64,000 nt of DNA from a virus (Duplodnaviria; Caudoviricetes): positions 32,001 to 96,000 of the IMG/VR virus record IMGVR_UViG_3300021400_000034. One strand, 5' to 3'. The first letter of the stretch is position 1; every line of letters starts with the position of its first letter. A model generated the notes under the pieces. It saw nothing but the letters and a program-made list of their open reading frames with translations, did no database searches and was not told the origin of the DNA. The position numbers and the translations under genes were made by a program. Positions 46,141-56,800 of this stretch are shown here, one piece after another.

Positions 46141-49122
46141 ATGGGACACTTTATCCATCTATTACATACATTACAAGGAACGCTTGGCGATAACTTACCC
46201 GATGGTATGCTTCTGGTAGACGACCATGAACGGTTTGTAGTAAATTCTGACAAGGAGTTCATCGAAGTTGTAAACATTAAGCCGCCGATTCCAGTTCCGC
46301 CGTCGAATAACTATTTTATGTTCACTAACCGAGGCACTACTCCCATTACGGTGACATTTGCCACGTCTGACACAATCGGTGGCGAGGTATATATAGACGA
46401 CGTATTTGTCGGTAATACTGGAAGCTCATATAATTTTCCTCCTGGCAGTACCGCGAAAGTTACTAGACTACGTTCATTAGACGACAGCTCGCGTGGTGTC
46501 GTACAATGTAGCGATCCATCAGCGAACATATCTATCGACAGGTGGGATGAATCGCTTGGTAGTGTTATGTATAATAATGAATACCTGTTCAGTGGACAGA
46601 GCGGTATTAGAAGTATTAAGACATGGGCTGGTGCTGAGCGTTATACAGAGTTGACTTATCTGTTTTACGAATCTGACTTAGAAACTGTAGAAACATGGGA
46701 TGGCTTAGATAGCCTAGTAAGCATGTACGCTGCTTTTTACTCGGCATCCAATTTATCCAGTATTCCTGCAAGTTGGAGAGGCCTTGAATCCGTACAAACG
46801 TTCGACTGTGCATTTGAATATTGCTATAATTTATCCTCTATTCCAAATACATGGGAAGGACTTGATTCAGTCACGTCATTATATGAAGCATTTTATTATT
46901 GTACTAGCATAACAGCTATCCCGGAATCATGGAGAGGACTTGAGTCTGTTACGTCATTATATGAAGCATTTTACAACTGCGAAAATATAGCTACCGGAGG
47001 CAACGAAGATTTTGATTCGCTCGCCAATGTAACTGACTCGTATTATGCTTTTAGATATTGCTCTAAATGGACAGGAAACGGATATGGGTTGTATGAATAT
47101 CTGAGCACCAAACCGATTACGGTATCATCTCATTCATACACGTTTGGTAATTGCACTAATGTAATAGACTATGAATATATTCCTACCGACTGGGGAGGAT
47201 TGGGTCACGAAATTAGCGCATTTGAACTTAAAAATACTGGTTCCGAAACTGTACCGCTTGTCATCAATTCTGGTACAGAAGCTAAAGTAAAGGTAGGCAC
47301 TACAATATATACCGCAAGTCCCAATACTCCGCTTTCATGTACGGTAAATGCAGGAGAAACAGTCAAGATAAATGGGCTGACTAAAAACTCTCTCGGTACA
47401 GTAGCAATCAGATCCACTGGCTCAATAAATAGCAATCGAGCATTGACACTTGTTAAATGCGATTCCAAACTGCCTAACCTGGACAGTATATTCAGCAATT
47501 CGTCATTTACGGTTAATTCCGGCGAAGAAACCTACATCAGGTATATTGGCGACTTGGCCGGTTCAGAAAACTACAATAATCTAAACTACGCGTTCTATAA
47601 CCATAACGGCCTGACTGGATTCTATCAGTATTTCAAGTGCAAAGCAATAACATCTATGGACTACGCGTTCATGAATACGTCGATTACCGGATTTCCTCCA
47701 TACTTGTACGGACTTACATCGCTACGGTCATGTCGCTATACGTTCGCGGGATCTAAACTGACATCAGGTAGCAGATACCTGTATGACTTTAGCAAAGTAG
47801 TAGAACATATCGACGGCATGTTCGCCAACTGCAGATTGATGACAACGCCATACCTGCTGTATACATATTTCCAAGAAAATTTACGTAACGGAAAGATACT
47901 TACGTACCAGAACGCGTTCCTAAACTGCGGTCTCGACGCTGGTACCACTGCCGTACAGGCATATTCATACGTACCGGATATATTCGGAGGCGGCAGGCCG
48001 TATAACCATGTCGTTATCGACGGAATCATGTACGGCACGGTCGAAATCGCTGGACGTACGTGGCTATTGGAACGTCTTAATGCTGGTACGCAAGAATGGC
48101 TGCCTGGCAAGAAAACGGATTCTTTATATACAATACAGCTAGGCAACGACGGATACGTAAAATGGAAATCGTATCTCTATGAATATGCGTTGAAGTACGG
48201 CGATATATACGGGTGGCATATACCGTCAGTCGAAGAGGCTGAAAGCCTGTTAGCCCTAGCATCGACGGACCCGAAGAAGTTGAGGACACCGGCCATAAGC
48301 GGTATGGCCTCTTGGTGGAACGGTTCGACTACATATTACGGTACCGACGATTTCAAAATGACTATCGATCCCGACGTATCGTCAGGGTATTCCTACGGCA
48401 AGACCGCTAACTTCTGGCTGAAATACCAGGAATACAAGCCTGCCGAACATCTGACACCTGAACGGTATACTCACAAGCTTCTATCTATCAACGGCGAAAC
48501 TAATACAAATAGCATAGCGTCGGAAGACCAACGGATATATCCTGATGACTTCGCTTATGCTCGTACGTATTATTATCATCCGCTACGACTAGTTAGGGAT
48601 TTCGTACCAAAGACAGACCCAGTCACATTCTACGGCACCGTCTACGAGACGAAGGTACTTAATGGCAACCTTCGAGTCATGGCCGAGAACCTCGCGTATG
48701 ACGACGGCGGAGACGGAATTACAGTTAAGACAATAAACGGAATTCCGGTCTATTTCTATACACAAGCTGCTGCGATTCGCATAGCGAACAGTATCGGCGA
48801 CGGATGGAGACTGCCGAACCAGTCAGAATTGAATACTGCTCTCAGTAATGCTGGATATGATATTGAGGGAGTAAAGGGAGACAAGGTTTGGGAAACGCCG
48901 GGTACAAACGCGTGCGGACTGAATATATATCCGGTAGGGTATCTTTCGGGATCAAGTTGGTACAATCAAACGGACGGAGCTTTTTACTGGTGTAATGGCA
49001 GCTACAGTTCCATACAGTCAGGCCAAGTAGGATATTGCTTCACGGTATACAATAACCAATTCATAGGAAATACTGGTTCGGTCACTTACCAATACTGCGT
49101 ACGATTGGTAAAATCCGTATAA
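46141..49122 (+). CDS. adhesin-like virion protein: BspA/DUF285-like repeats plus two Fib_succ_major-like domains
   Basis: 26-aa W.GL.SV.S...AF..C..L..IP repeats; GWHIPS..LRLVRD and MAENL..GWRLP..CVRLVK. Confidence 0.75.
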   Translation: MGHFIHLLHTLQGTLGDNLPDGMLLVDDHERFVVNSDKEFIEVVNIKPPIPVPPSNNYFMFTNRGTTPITVTFATSDTIGGEVYIDDVFVGNTGSSYNFPPGSTAKVTRLRSLDDSSRGVVQCSDPSANISIDRWDESLGSVMYNNEYLFSGQSGIRSIKTWAGAERYTELTYLFYESDLETVETWDGLDSLVSMYAAFYSASNLSSIPASWRGLESVQTFDCAFEYCYNLSSIPNTWEGLDSVTSLYEAFYYCTSITAIPESWRGLESVTSLYEAFYNCENIATGGNEDFDSLANVTDSYYAFRYCSKWTGNGYGLYEYLSTKPITVSSHSYTFGNCTNVIDYEYIPTDWGGLGHEISAFELKNTGSETVPLVINSGTEAKVKVGTTIYTASPNTPLSCTVNAGETVKINGLTKNSLGTVAIRSTGSINSNRALTLVKCDSKLPNLDSIFSNSSFTVNSGEETYIRYIGDLAGSENYNNLNYAFYNHNGLTGFYQYFKCKAITSMDYAFMNTSITGFPPYLYGLTSLRSCRYTFAGSKLTSGSRYLYDFSKVVEHIDGMFANCRLMTTPYLLYTYFQENLRNGKILTYQNAFLNCGLDAGTTAVQAYSYVPDIFGGGRPYNHVVIDGIMYGTVEIAGRTWLLERLNAGTQEWLPGKKTDSLYTIQLGNDGYVKWKSYLYEYALKYGDIYGWHIPSVEEAESLLALASTDPKKLRTPAISGMASWWNGSTTYYGTDDFKMTIDPDVSSGYSYGKTANFWLKYQEYKPAEHLTPERYTHKLLSINGETNTNSIASEDQRIYPDDFAYARTYYYHPLRLVRDFVPKTDPVTFYGTVYETKVLNGNLRVMAENLAYDDGGDGITVKTINGIPVYFYTQAAAIRIANSIGDGWRLPNQSELNTALSNAGYDIEGVKGDKVWETPGTNACGLNIYPVGYLSGSSWYNQTDGAFYWCNGSYSSIQSGQVGYCFTVYNNQFIGNTGSVTYQYCVRLVKSV

Positions 49123-49147
49123 TAAATATATATAACGCGAGGATGCA

Positions 49148-52100
49148 ATGGCACGGAAAAAGATAATTAAAACGAGGATCTATCAGGAGCCAAACTACAC
49201 GGAGAAGACTGGCTATGTATTAGCTGACGCCGGCGCTAACAAGCCTACAGGTAAGCTTACATTTGAAGAGCTCGGAAAGCTTCTCGGCAGTAACCCGCTG
49301 ATCATCATATTTATGCCTGACGGATCGGGTAGCTATACCATGTACAGGCAGACTACGTTTGACATGAATGTTCAGCCTCAGATGGAACCTATAGACTTTG
49401 CTTGGTTGTATCAGAACGTATATAAAGTGATGGTATGTGCTGCAATTATCTACGGTGGAACTGCTGAACATAACGGAAACCCTACATTCTTCTTCTCTGG
49501 AATGTATACTGATACTCAGACAAATCTACCGATCCTGGAATTCACTCGATTCGATACGACAGAAGATGATGTAGTAACTGAGCACAGCATACTCGTTTCT
49601 ACGGATGCTCCATATCCATTCACGGGCGGAAACACTATAATAACTGACAGATACGTAAATATATCATCTGGCGATAACATATTCATATTTGACGCAAGCG
49701 ATCAGAGTAGTGGAGAAGTTACATCCAGTACTACTTATGCAGAAGTAAAAGCTGCATGGGATGCTAATAAGACGATTCTAATGCGTCTCCAGACGACTTA
49801 TGGAGACCATCAGATATGGCCGCTAATAGACGTTAACTATGAAAGCGACATGTTCATATTCTACTTCCCAGGAGATGAGCAGCAGTTCGACTGGCAAAAG
49901 CCTAATTACTATCAAGTAATCAAGACTGAAATAGATAAAAACTTTATCTACTTGTGGAAAGGTACATCAGGAAATACCGACAGATATCAGAAATGCAATC
50001 TTAGACTGAACAATCTCAACAACTATGTACCTAAAGAGACTGGAAAAGGACTATCGACGAACGACTACACGAACGCTGACAAGTCTACAGTCACGCTAGC
50101 GGCTGCGGCTATTCCGTCTTCTGCGTCAAGCTCTAACATGCTGACGACGGTGACAGACGTCGAGATCATCGCTGGAAGAACTGGCGGGTACAAGAAAGTC
50201 GATAAGAACCAGGAAGGATATCCGGATGTTCAGAATCCGAGCAACAAGCTGATCTACTTGACTGATAACGACACACAGAGCGGATCTAACTTCTATGACG
50301 AGTGGCTCTATGACTCTGCTGCGCTGACGCACTGGGAGCTAATCGGAAGCACCCAGATGGATCTGACAGGCTATGCTACTGAGGATTGGGTCAATCAGCA
50401 AGGATTCGTTGAATCTGGCGATCTAGCCGACTACGCTAAGGTAGCAGATCTTCAGAACCTGTCTGATGTCGTGGACAGTCACGCTGACGCTATCGAAGCT
50501 GTCGAGCTTGACGTCTCTGAGGTCTCTGCCGCTGTCGATGAGATAAACTCTCATCTCGGAGACTATGCGACTGAGAGCTGGACAGCCGAAGAGATCGAGA
50601 GAGCTACGTCTGGCAAGATGGACGCATCAGACTCTTCAGCGTTCTATCCGATGGGATCTAACCCGAGCGGTTATCTGACTCAGCATCAAGATCTAAGCGA
50701 ATACGCTAAGACCGCCGACATGAATCAGGCTATCTTGAGCGCAACGTCTGGAAAGATGGACGATAGCCGAGCTTCTGAGTTCTATCCGTCGAACAACCCG
50801 TCCGGGTTCATCGACCAGACATATCTGAACGGCTTAGCGACTGAGCAGTGGGTGAATGAGAACACTTCCGCGTTCATCACATCGTCTTATCTAGCTCCTT
50901 ATGCTAAGACAGAAGATCTTGAAGCACTGTCCGACGACTTGACAGACTTCACTGACGAGTTCACGATGAAGCTAGATGAAGTCTCTGGAGCAGTCGATCA
51001 GGTCATCGACACTATTGGAGATATATCTGCCGAGTTCGACGAGAAGCTTGAAGACAAGATGGACAAGGATGAATCTTCTGCATTCTATCCGATGGACTCT
51101 AACCCAGCTGGCTATCTAGTTGATGAAGATCTTGAAGACTACGCTACTAAGTCTTACGTCGACGATGGACTCGGAAACACGTCTGCATGGGCTAAAGCTA
51201 CTTTCGCTTCTGCGAGCCAGCTTGATGACTACTATCCTAACACTAACCCGTCCGGATTCCTGACGAACTCTGATCTCGCTGGCCTCGCTACCGAGACCTA
51301 TGTTCAGTCTCAGACATCCGGAAAGCTTGACAAGAGTTCTTCTGGCGCATTCTACCTAGCTACGAACCCAGATCACTTCGTGACTTCTGGAGAGGTGGCT
51401 ACTTTGTCTGCCAAGATCGAATCCGACATCCCTTCACTCGAAGGCTACGCTACAATCGCTTGGGTAGAAGAGCAAGGCTATCTGACTTCTGTTCCTGCCG
51501 AGTACGTGACTGACACTGAGATGGGAAATGCGATCGAGGCTGCTACGTCTGGAAAGATGGACAAGTCTACATCCGCTCAGTTCTATCCGAGAAGCACGAA
51601 CCCCGAGCACTATGTCACATCCGGTGAGCTCTCTACTCTGTCTGCAAAGATCGAGGGAGACATACCGTCAATTGAAGGACTCGCTGCTGAGACCTGGGTT
51701 CAGGCTAACTTCGCTTCCGCAAGTCAGATCAGTGACATGGCCACTCAGACGTGGGTTGATCAACAAGGGTTCTTGACAGAGGTTCCTGACACTTATGCAA
51801 CTTCTGCATGGGTTGCCGCTACTTTCGCTTCTGCTAGCCAGCTCGACGACTACTACCCAGCTAACAACCCGTCTGGGTTCTTGACAAGCGATGATGTCGC
51901 ACAGTCTGACTGGACTGAGACCGACTCAGCAGATCCTGCATACATAAAGAACAAGCCAGCAGCGCTATCTATGGCCGCTGGAGAAGGTATACAGATTGTC
52001 GAGTCCAACAACACGATCACCTTCTCCGTATCTGGAGACTACGCTGAGCGAAGCGATCTCGATGACTACTATCCGAAAACTAACCCTTCTGGATTCCTGA

Positions 52101-53041
52101 CAGAAGTTCCGGCAGAATATGTCACTGACACTGAGCTTCAGACGGTTCTTGACGACTATGGAACTAGCGCTTGGGTTCTCGAACAGCTAGACGAGAAAGT
52201 CGACAAAGTGACGGGCATGGGTCTGTCCCAGGAAGACTTCACGTCTGCTTACAAGGATAAGCTCGATCATATCGAGTCTAGCGCTAACAAGAACGTCCAG
52301 TCAGACTGGACGGAATCTGACTCAGCATCTGATGCATTCATACAGCACAAGCCTGTTCAACTGACTATGGCAGCTGGAGAGGGAATCTCGATCACCGAGA
52401 ACGATAACACGCTGACGTTCTCTGTCTCGGCTGACTATGCCACCGAGTCTTATGTTCAGAGTCAGACGTCAGGCAAGGTAGACAAGGTTGTTGGAAAGGA
52501 TTTGTCTACCAACGACTTCACTGACGCTCTTAAGGATAAGCTCGATGGAATTCAGTCTGGCGCTGAAGTTAACGTTCAGTCTGACTGGGAACAGACCGAT
52601 AATACTGCTGACGACTTCATCAAGAATAAGCCGACTCCTATCTCGATAGTAGGTGGCGAAGGAATATCTGTTACCGAGAATCAAGGAAATCTGGAAATAT
52701 CAGTATCTGCTGACTATGCTACAGAGAACTACGTCCAGCAGGAGACTTCTGGAAAGGTCGACAAGGTCACTGGAATGGGACTATCTCACGTCGATTTCAC
52801 TTCAGCTTATCAGAGCAAGCTAGACTCGATCGCACCGAGCGCTGAAGTCAACGTCCAGTCAGACTGGAACGTGACTAACTCTGCGCTTGACTCATACATC
52901 GCTAATAAGCCAGATATCATCGTTCCTCTCGCTAGCACGTCATTCTCTGCTCCGAAGAAGCTAGTCGTCGTCAGCTCTATGCCAGCTGCTGCTAACATCG
53001 ATCCGGACACTATATATCTAGTAAAGGAAACCGTCTCGTAA
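49148..53041 (+). CDS. long tail fibre-like protein with internal repeats
   Basis: TSGKMD..FYP..NPSG.LT, YAT..WV, VQSDW...IKNKP, KVDKV.G.GLS..DFT repeats; C-terminal PDTIYLV. Confidence 0.75.
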   Translation: MARKKIIKTRIYQEPNYTEKTGYVLADAGANKPTGKLTFEELGKLLGSNPLIIIFMPDGSGSYTMYRQTTFDMNVQPQMEPIDFAWLYQNVYKVMVCAAIIYGGTAEHNGNPTFFFSGMYTDTQTNLPILEFTRFDTTEDDVVTEHSILVSTDAPYPFTGGNTIITDRYVNISSGDNIFIFDASDQSSGEVTSSTTYAEVKAAWDANKTILMRLQTTYGDHQIWPLIDVNYESDMFIFYFPGDEQQFDWQKPNYYQVIKTEIDKNFIYLWKGTSGNTDRYQKCNLRLNNLNNYVPKETGKGLSTNDYTNADKSTVTLAAAAIPSSASSSNMLTTVTDVEIIAGRTGGYKKVDKNQEGYPDVQNPSNKLIYLTDNDTQSGSNFYDEWLYDSAALTHWELIGSTQMDLTGYATEDWVNQQGFVESGDLADYAKVADLQNLSDVVDSHADAIEAVELDVSEVSAAVDEINSHLGDYATESWTAEEIERATSGKMDASDSSAFYPMGSNPSGYLTQHQDLSEYAKTADMNQAILSATSGKMDDSRASEFYPSNNPSGFIDQTYLNGLATEQWVNENTSAFITSSYLAPYAKTEDLEALSDDLTDFTDEFTMKLDEVSGAVDQVIDTIGDISAEFDEKLEDKMDKDESSAFYPMDSNPAGYLVDEDLEDYATKSYVDDGLGNTSAWAKATFASASQLDDYYPNTNPSGFLTNSDLAGLATETYVQSQTSGKLDKSSSGAFYLATNPDHFVTSGEVATLSAKIESDIPSLEGYATIAWVEEQGYLTSVPAEYVTDTEMGNAIEAATSGKMDKSTSAQFYPRSTNPEHYVTSGELSTLSAKIEGDIPSIEGLAAETWVQANFASASQISDMATQTWVDQQGFLTEVPDTYATSAWVAATFASASQLDDYYPANNPSGFLTSDDVAQSDWTETDSADPAYIKNKPAALSMAAGEGIQIVESNNTITFSVSGDYAERSDLDDYYPKTNPSGFLTEVPAEYVTDTELQTVLDDYGTSAWVLEQLDEKVDKVTGMGLSQEDFTSAYKDKLDHIESSANKNVQSDWTESDSASDAFIQHKPVQLTMAAGEGISITENDNTLTFSVSADYATESYVQSQTSGKVDKVVGKDLSTNDFTDALKDKLDGIQSGAEVNVQSDWEQTDNTADDFIKNKPTPISIVGGEGISVTENQGNLEISVSADYATENYVQQETSGKVDKVTGMGLSHVDFTSAYQSKLDSIAPSAEVNVQSDWNVTNSALDSYIANKPDIIVPLASTSFSAPKKLVVVSSMPAAANIDPDTIYLVKETVS
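50380..52910 (+). repeat. degenerate coding repeats in the fibre shaft
   Basis: Recurrent aacccgtc(c/t)gg, tctggaaag and cagtc(t/a)gactgg blocks. Confidence 0.7.
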
Positions 53042-53050
53042 GGAATCAAG

Positions 53051-54247
53051 ATGTCTATCAAAGTCGGCGACAACAATTCTATACTAGCCATGAATTTCGG
53101 AGGAAACAGAATAGCTCAGGTCTACTTCGGACACGATCTGGTCTTCCAGAACTACTTCGTGAAGATCACGTTCCACTTCGACAGAACGAACGTGAATCCG
53201 AGAGACAAGCTAGGCTCGAGAGCGAAGAAGGTAGGCGCTGAGTGGAGATCGACATCTGATCCCAACACTTGGTACGTCATCACTCCTCTATACACTAAAG
53301 GGGCTGGCGAACAAGACCCGTCACTCGGGATCGGAAAGCTGTTCGTGGGCGACAGCAGTGATAATGGACTCCTTCAGCAGAACACGCTTGGAACTTGCCA
53401 GGTCACTTCAATCGAAGGAGACGTTGGCAAGATCCAGACGATCGACCGTCTCTTCCAGAAGTGCAATGCGATAACGAGCATAAGCAAGACTGGATTCTAC
53501 GACAAGTTCGCTGGCAGCACAAAGCTGTTCAACGTCAACAGCTTGTGCAAAGAGTGCACAGGAATCACTGACGGATCTTCTCTTGACGGCTACAACGTTC
53601 TGAAGAACGTGAGCACTATAACGACTCACGCAGCTACGTTCGCGAGCGCAGACAGCGCTGCTAACCTAGAACAGATTCCTACTGGATGGGGCGGAAACAT
53701 GGCTCCGCCTGCAGCTCAGCTAGACTGCACGAAGACGAACAACGCTGGCTGGATCGTCAGCGTTCAAGACCCTGACTGGCCCGACTTCTCCACTGTCACT
53801 ACGCTTCAAGTCTTCACGACGAGCAGCATATCTCAGTATGACGGCGTGAACATGAGAAAGACGAACATCTGGAACAAGAACTCTTACTTCTCAACTTCTC
53901 TAGCTACTTACTACTATCCGTGCTTTATGCAGGGCACTGGAAACTGGCCTACTAGCGGAGGAAAGTCGTTCACTCCGACTTGGGTCTTCGGACCTATGAA
54001 CTACAACGGAATGCTCGACGCGAACACTGCCTCTGGAGATATGCCAGGTACTCTAGACTACGATAGCTATGGTCCGTTCAGCCGTCTATATGGAACATAC
54101 GACAGCACGAAGACGACTTACTTCGGATTCATAGTCTTGAACGATCCGGCGAACATAACGACCTTCGATCCTGCTACGACTGGATTTGGCATTCACTCAA
54201 ACAACAACTTCAGAAACATGGTCCTGAACTGGTTCATACCTAGCTGA
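53051..54247 (+). CDS. fibre-associated protein
   Basis: MSIKVG..IAQVYFG N-terminus typical after fibre genes; H..TF..IPTGWGG module. Confidence 0.65.
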   Translation: MSIKVGDNNSILAMNFGGNRIAQVYFGHDLVFQNYFVKITFHFDRTNVNPRDKLGSRAKKVGAEWRSTSDPNTWYVITPLYTKGAGEQDPSLGIGKLFVGDSSDNGLLQQNTLGTCQVTSIEGDVGKIQTIDRLFQKCNAITSISKTGFYDKFAGSTKLFNVNSLCKECTGITDGSSLDGYNVLKNVSTITTHAATFASADSAANLEQIPTGWGGNMAPPAAQLDCTKTNNAGWIVSVQDPDWPDFSTVTTLQVFTTSSISQYDGVNMRKTNIWNKNSYFSTSLATYYYPCFMQGTGNWPTSGGKSFTPTWVFGPMNYNGMLDANTASGDMPGTLDYDSYGPFSRLYGTYDSTKTTYFGFIVLNDPANITTFDPATTGFGIHSNNNFRNMVLNWFIPS

Positions 54248-54271
54248 TAAATAAATATGAGGGATTAGACT

Positions 54272-55357
54272 ATGGCAGACAAGATTTTGACATTCAACGG
54301 AAAGACGATATCCGGACCGAGCGGAACTGGGATGGTGATCGTTCCTGGACCAGCGACGATGACTATAAGGTTCAAGTTTACCAGCAATAACACTATTTAT
54401 CCTGGAAATTTTAACCCGTATGATGCCCAATGCAAAAAAGGTACATGGAATAAAGTAGAAGAAGTTGTGGATGAATACAGTATCTGGGATTGGATCTATA
54501 CCGGTTCTAATGCGTCAAGAGCATTTGATAGTATATTCAGCTATGATTGCGATTATGACAAAGAGATTATAAGCATAAACTGTACGTCAGAAATCACGGA
54601 CGTATCAGAACTGTTTGCCGGTTGTACTGAACTCAATGGATTACTTTTAGCATACAACTATCTATCTCAGTTGACGGTAAAACATGACAACTGTTTCTAT
54701 CGAGCAGGCGGTAACCTAGAACAATGCGCAGAAATAGCGGATATTCCGGAAGACTGGGGAGGTACTAAGCCGTTAACAGGCAGAGGTATAAAGCTCGGAA
54801 ATTATATCTGGGATAAAGAAGCCATAGGGCTTATCGACATTCCTGGGTTGATCGAGATTGATGAATACTCGGACTTTGAAGAAGGCACTATCGGATATCT
54901 AGCAAGAGACGGGGTCGTGTATTATACAAAGGCGGCGATTGACTATATAAGAAATCATCCAGAAGTATTTGAAACGCAATATAACGGATGGCACCTGCCT
55001 ACTTATGAAGAAGGTGCTGATCTTGTGGACTATTTAGAAAGTATAAATACGGTTGCGTTCTTCCAGACATCCGGTATTAACGGTTTCAATATGGAGTTCT
55101 CTTCTTGGAATCCTGGAGATACTAGTATTACAAGCGGCGATTCATTATTGCAATATGATAACGATAATGTAGAATGGGTATACGGTTTTATTGGCGAGTA
55201 CTCGCTCAGGGATTCAGTATATTGGCCTTTGCAAGGTAATAATAGACTCGAATTGTGGGTTTCTGAAAGTTATTCATGCACTCTTTATGTAAACTCATAT
55301 AATATAGATGAACCGAGTTACATGTATCCAGTAAGACTTGTAAGAGATCATAACTGA
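54272..55357 (+). CDS. fibre-associated protein with Fib_succ_major-like C-terminus
   Basis: TIRFKF, IPEDWGG, IKLGNYIW, YYT, GWHLPT.EE, PVRLVRD. Confidence 0.7.
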   Translation: MADKILTFNGKTISGPSGTGMVIVPGPATMTIRFKFTSNNTIYPGNFNPYDAQCKKGTWNKVEEVVDEYSIWDWIYTGSNASRAFDSIFSYDCDYDKEIISINCTSEITDVSELFAGCTELNGLLLAYNYLSQLTVKHDNCFYRAGGNLEQCAEIADIPEDWGGTKPLTGRGIKLGNYIWDKEAIGLIDIPGLIEIDEYSDFEEGTIGYLARDGVVYYTKAAIDYIRNHPEVFETQYNGWHLPTYEEGADLVDYLESINTVAFFQTSGINGFNMEFSSWNPGDTSITSGDSLLQYDNDNVEWVYGFIGEYSLRDSVYWPLQGNNRLELWVSESYSCTLYVNSYNIDEPSYMYPVRLVRDHN

Positions 55358-55375
55358 TTTTTATAGGAGTTTGAA

Positions 55376-56092
55376 ATGAAGACTGTAATATGCGCGATAT
55401 CGAAAAACGAAGACAATTACATTAAGGACTTCTGTGAATATCACTTAGGTCTTGGATTCGATGAGATACATATATACGATAACGGTACAGAAATACCGTT
55501 AAAAGACGATAGAATCATAGTCCATCCGTTCCGTGAAATAGATTCAAAGTGTCCGCAGATGACGGCATACAACGATATGCTTTCTAATACTGATGCTGAC
55601 TGGTGTGCATTCATAGATATTGACGAGTTCATAACGTTGTCTGGATATACTTCAATATCGGAATTTCTCTCGTCTTTACCAAACGGTACAAGCGCGATTA
55701 AACTTGGAAATGTTACATTTGGCGATGGAGGACAGATTACTCCAGAAGACATCAGTATTCCTGTATATGAAAGAATAACAAAAACGAGTTACAAAAAACA
55801 ACACGTATCATACAAATATATTTTGAAACCGAACAAGAAATGGAAAATGGATAATCCGCATCGTATTTTGCTAGACGATGAACATTCTAAACAGGAAATC
55901 TATGTTCCGAATCGAGAATGCTATATCCGTCACTACAAGACCAAGACACTCTCTGAATTCTGCGACCAGAAGTTGAATACATCTAGAGTATTTGATCCGA
56001 CGAAGAAAAGAACAATAAACTATTTCTTCAAGGTCAACGAGAAGACTCCAGAGAAGATAGCGTACCTGAAGTCCAGGGGAATCGAGGCATAA
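55376..56092 (+). CDS. glycosyltransferase (GT2-like / GT92-like)
   Basis: ICAI.KNE..YI..F..YH..LGFD.I.IYDN, Q..AYN, W.AFIDIDEFI, HY.TK. Confidence 0.85.
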   Translation: MKTVICAISKNEDNYIKDFCEYHLGLGFDEIHIYDNGTEIPLKDDRIIVHPFREIDSKCPQMTAYNDMLSNTDADWCAFIDIDEFITLSGYTSISEFLSSLPNGTSAIKLGNVTFGDGGQITPEDISIPVYERITKTSYKKQHVSYKYILKPNKKWKMDNPHRILLDDEHSKQEIYVPNRECYIRHYKTKTLSEFCDQKLNTSRVFDPTKKRTINYFFKVNEKTPEKIAYLKSRGIEA

Positions 56093-56093
56093 A

Positions 56094-56189
56094 GTGAACA
56101 ACCGTGAGAAGAACAGACTGATGAACGTCGCTATCGGGATCCTGACCTCATTCATCGTGCTCGGCCTGATAGTCCTGTTAGTTTTGTAA
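56094..56189 (+). CDS. tiny membrane peptide (31 aa)
   Basis: MNNREKNRLMNVAIGILTSFIVLGLIVLLVL. Confidence 0.45.
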   Translation: MNNREKNRLMNVAIGILTSFIVLGLIVLLVL

Positions 56190-56211
56190 ACTTTCTTTAT
56201 CATATCTGCTA

Positions 56212-56240
56212 TTTACGAAACCCGTCTAGATTTCTATATT
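56212..56240 (+). promoter_or_regulatory. sigma70-like early promoter
   Basis: TTTACG-N17-TATATT. Confidence 0.7.
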
Positions 56241-56266
56241 CTACACATAGAAACTTAGGAGTCTAG

Positions 56267-56800
56267 ATGATACCCTTCATTATCGTGTTCATTGTCGCAT
56301 TCACTGTGATCTCGTGCTTGATCGCAGTGGTCATGGCCGAGAAGAACGCTAAGAAAGCCCACGAGAAGCACCTCAAGAACGTCGCATCTCCATACCGCAT
56401 CGTCTTGAGCGGGATGTGCGAGTACCGCATTCAGCGATACGAATACCTAAAACAGAGCAAGGTACGAACAAACGACGACGTGATCTGGGAGACGCCGAAG
56501 TCTGACTGGCAGTGGGTCGCGATAGGAGACCGCTATGAAGAGCTAGAAGACGCGAAGAAGAAGTACTGCGCACTGATGGCAGCGTTCCGCAAGAAGTCTG
56601 AGACCGAGACAGAGACATTCGTGAAGAGATGGGCCGACGTCTCTAGAACTGAAGTTCACTCTGAGGGACGTGACCAAGTCGTCGACCTGGCCGACTGCGA
56701 AGATCTCATCAATCAGATGGTCGAGGGAGTGAAGAAGAGAGCAGAACGAAAGAGGAAGAAAGATGGAGAAGGAACTGAGAAAGCAGCTGTGGCTGAGTAG
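56267..56800 (+). CDS. membrane-anchored hypothetical protein
   Basis: N-terminal TM helix. Confidence 0.7.
   Translation: MIPFIIVFIVAFTVISCLIAVVMAEKNAKKAHEKHLKNVASPYRIVLSGMCEYRIQRYEYLKQSKVRTNDDVIWETPKSDWQWVAIGDRYEELEDAKKKYCALMAAFRKKSETETETFVKRWADVSRTEVHSEGRDQVVDLADCEDLINQMVEGVKKRAERKRKKDGEGTEKAAVAE

Noticed and set aside
40812-55357. Diversity-generating retroelement targeting the Fib_succ_major-like tips
   Set aside because: No reverse transcriptase and no near-identical template/variable repeat pair differing at adenines was seen in this window; cannot be excluded elsewhere in the genome
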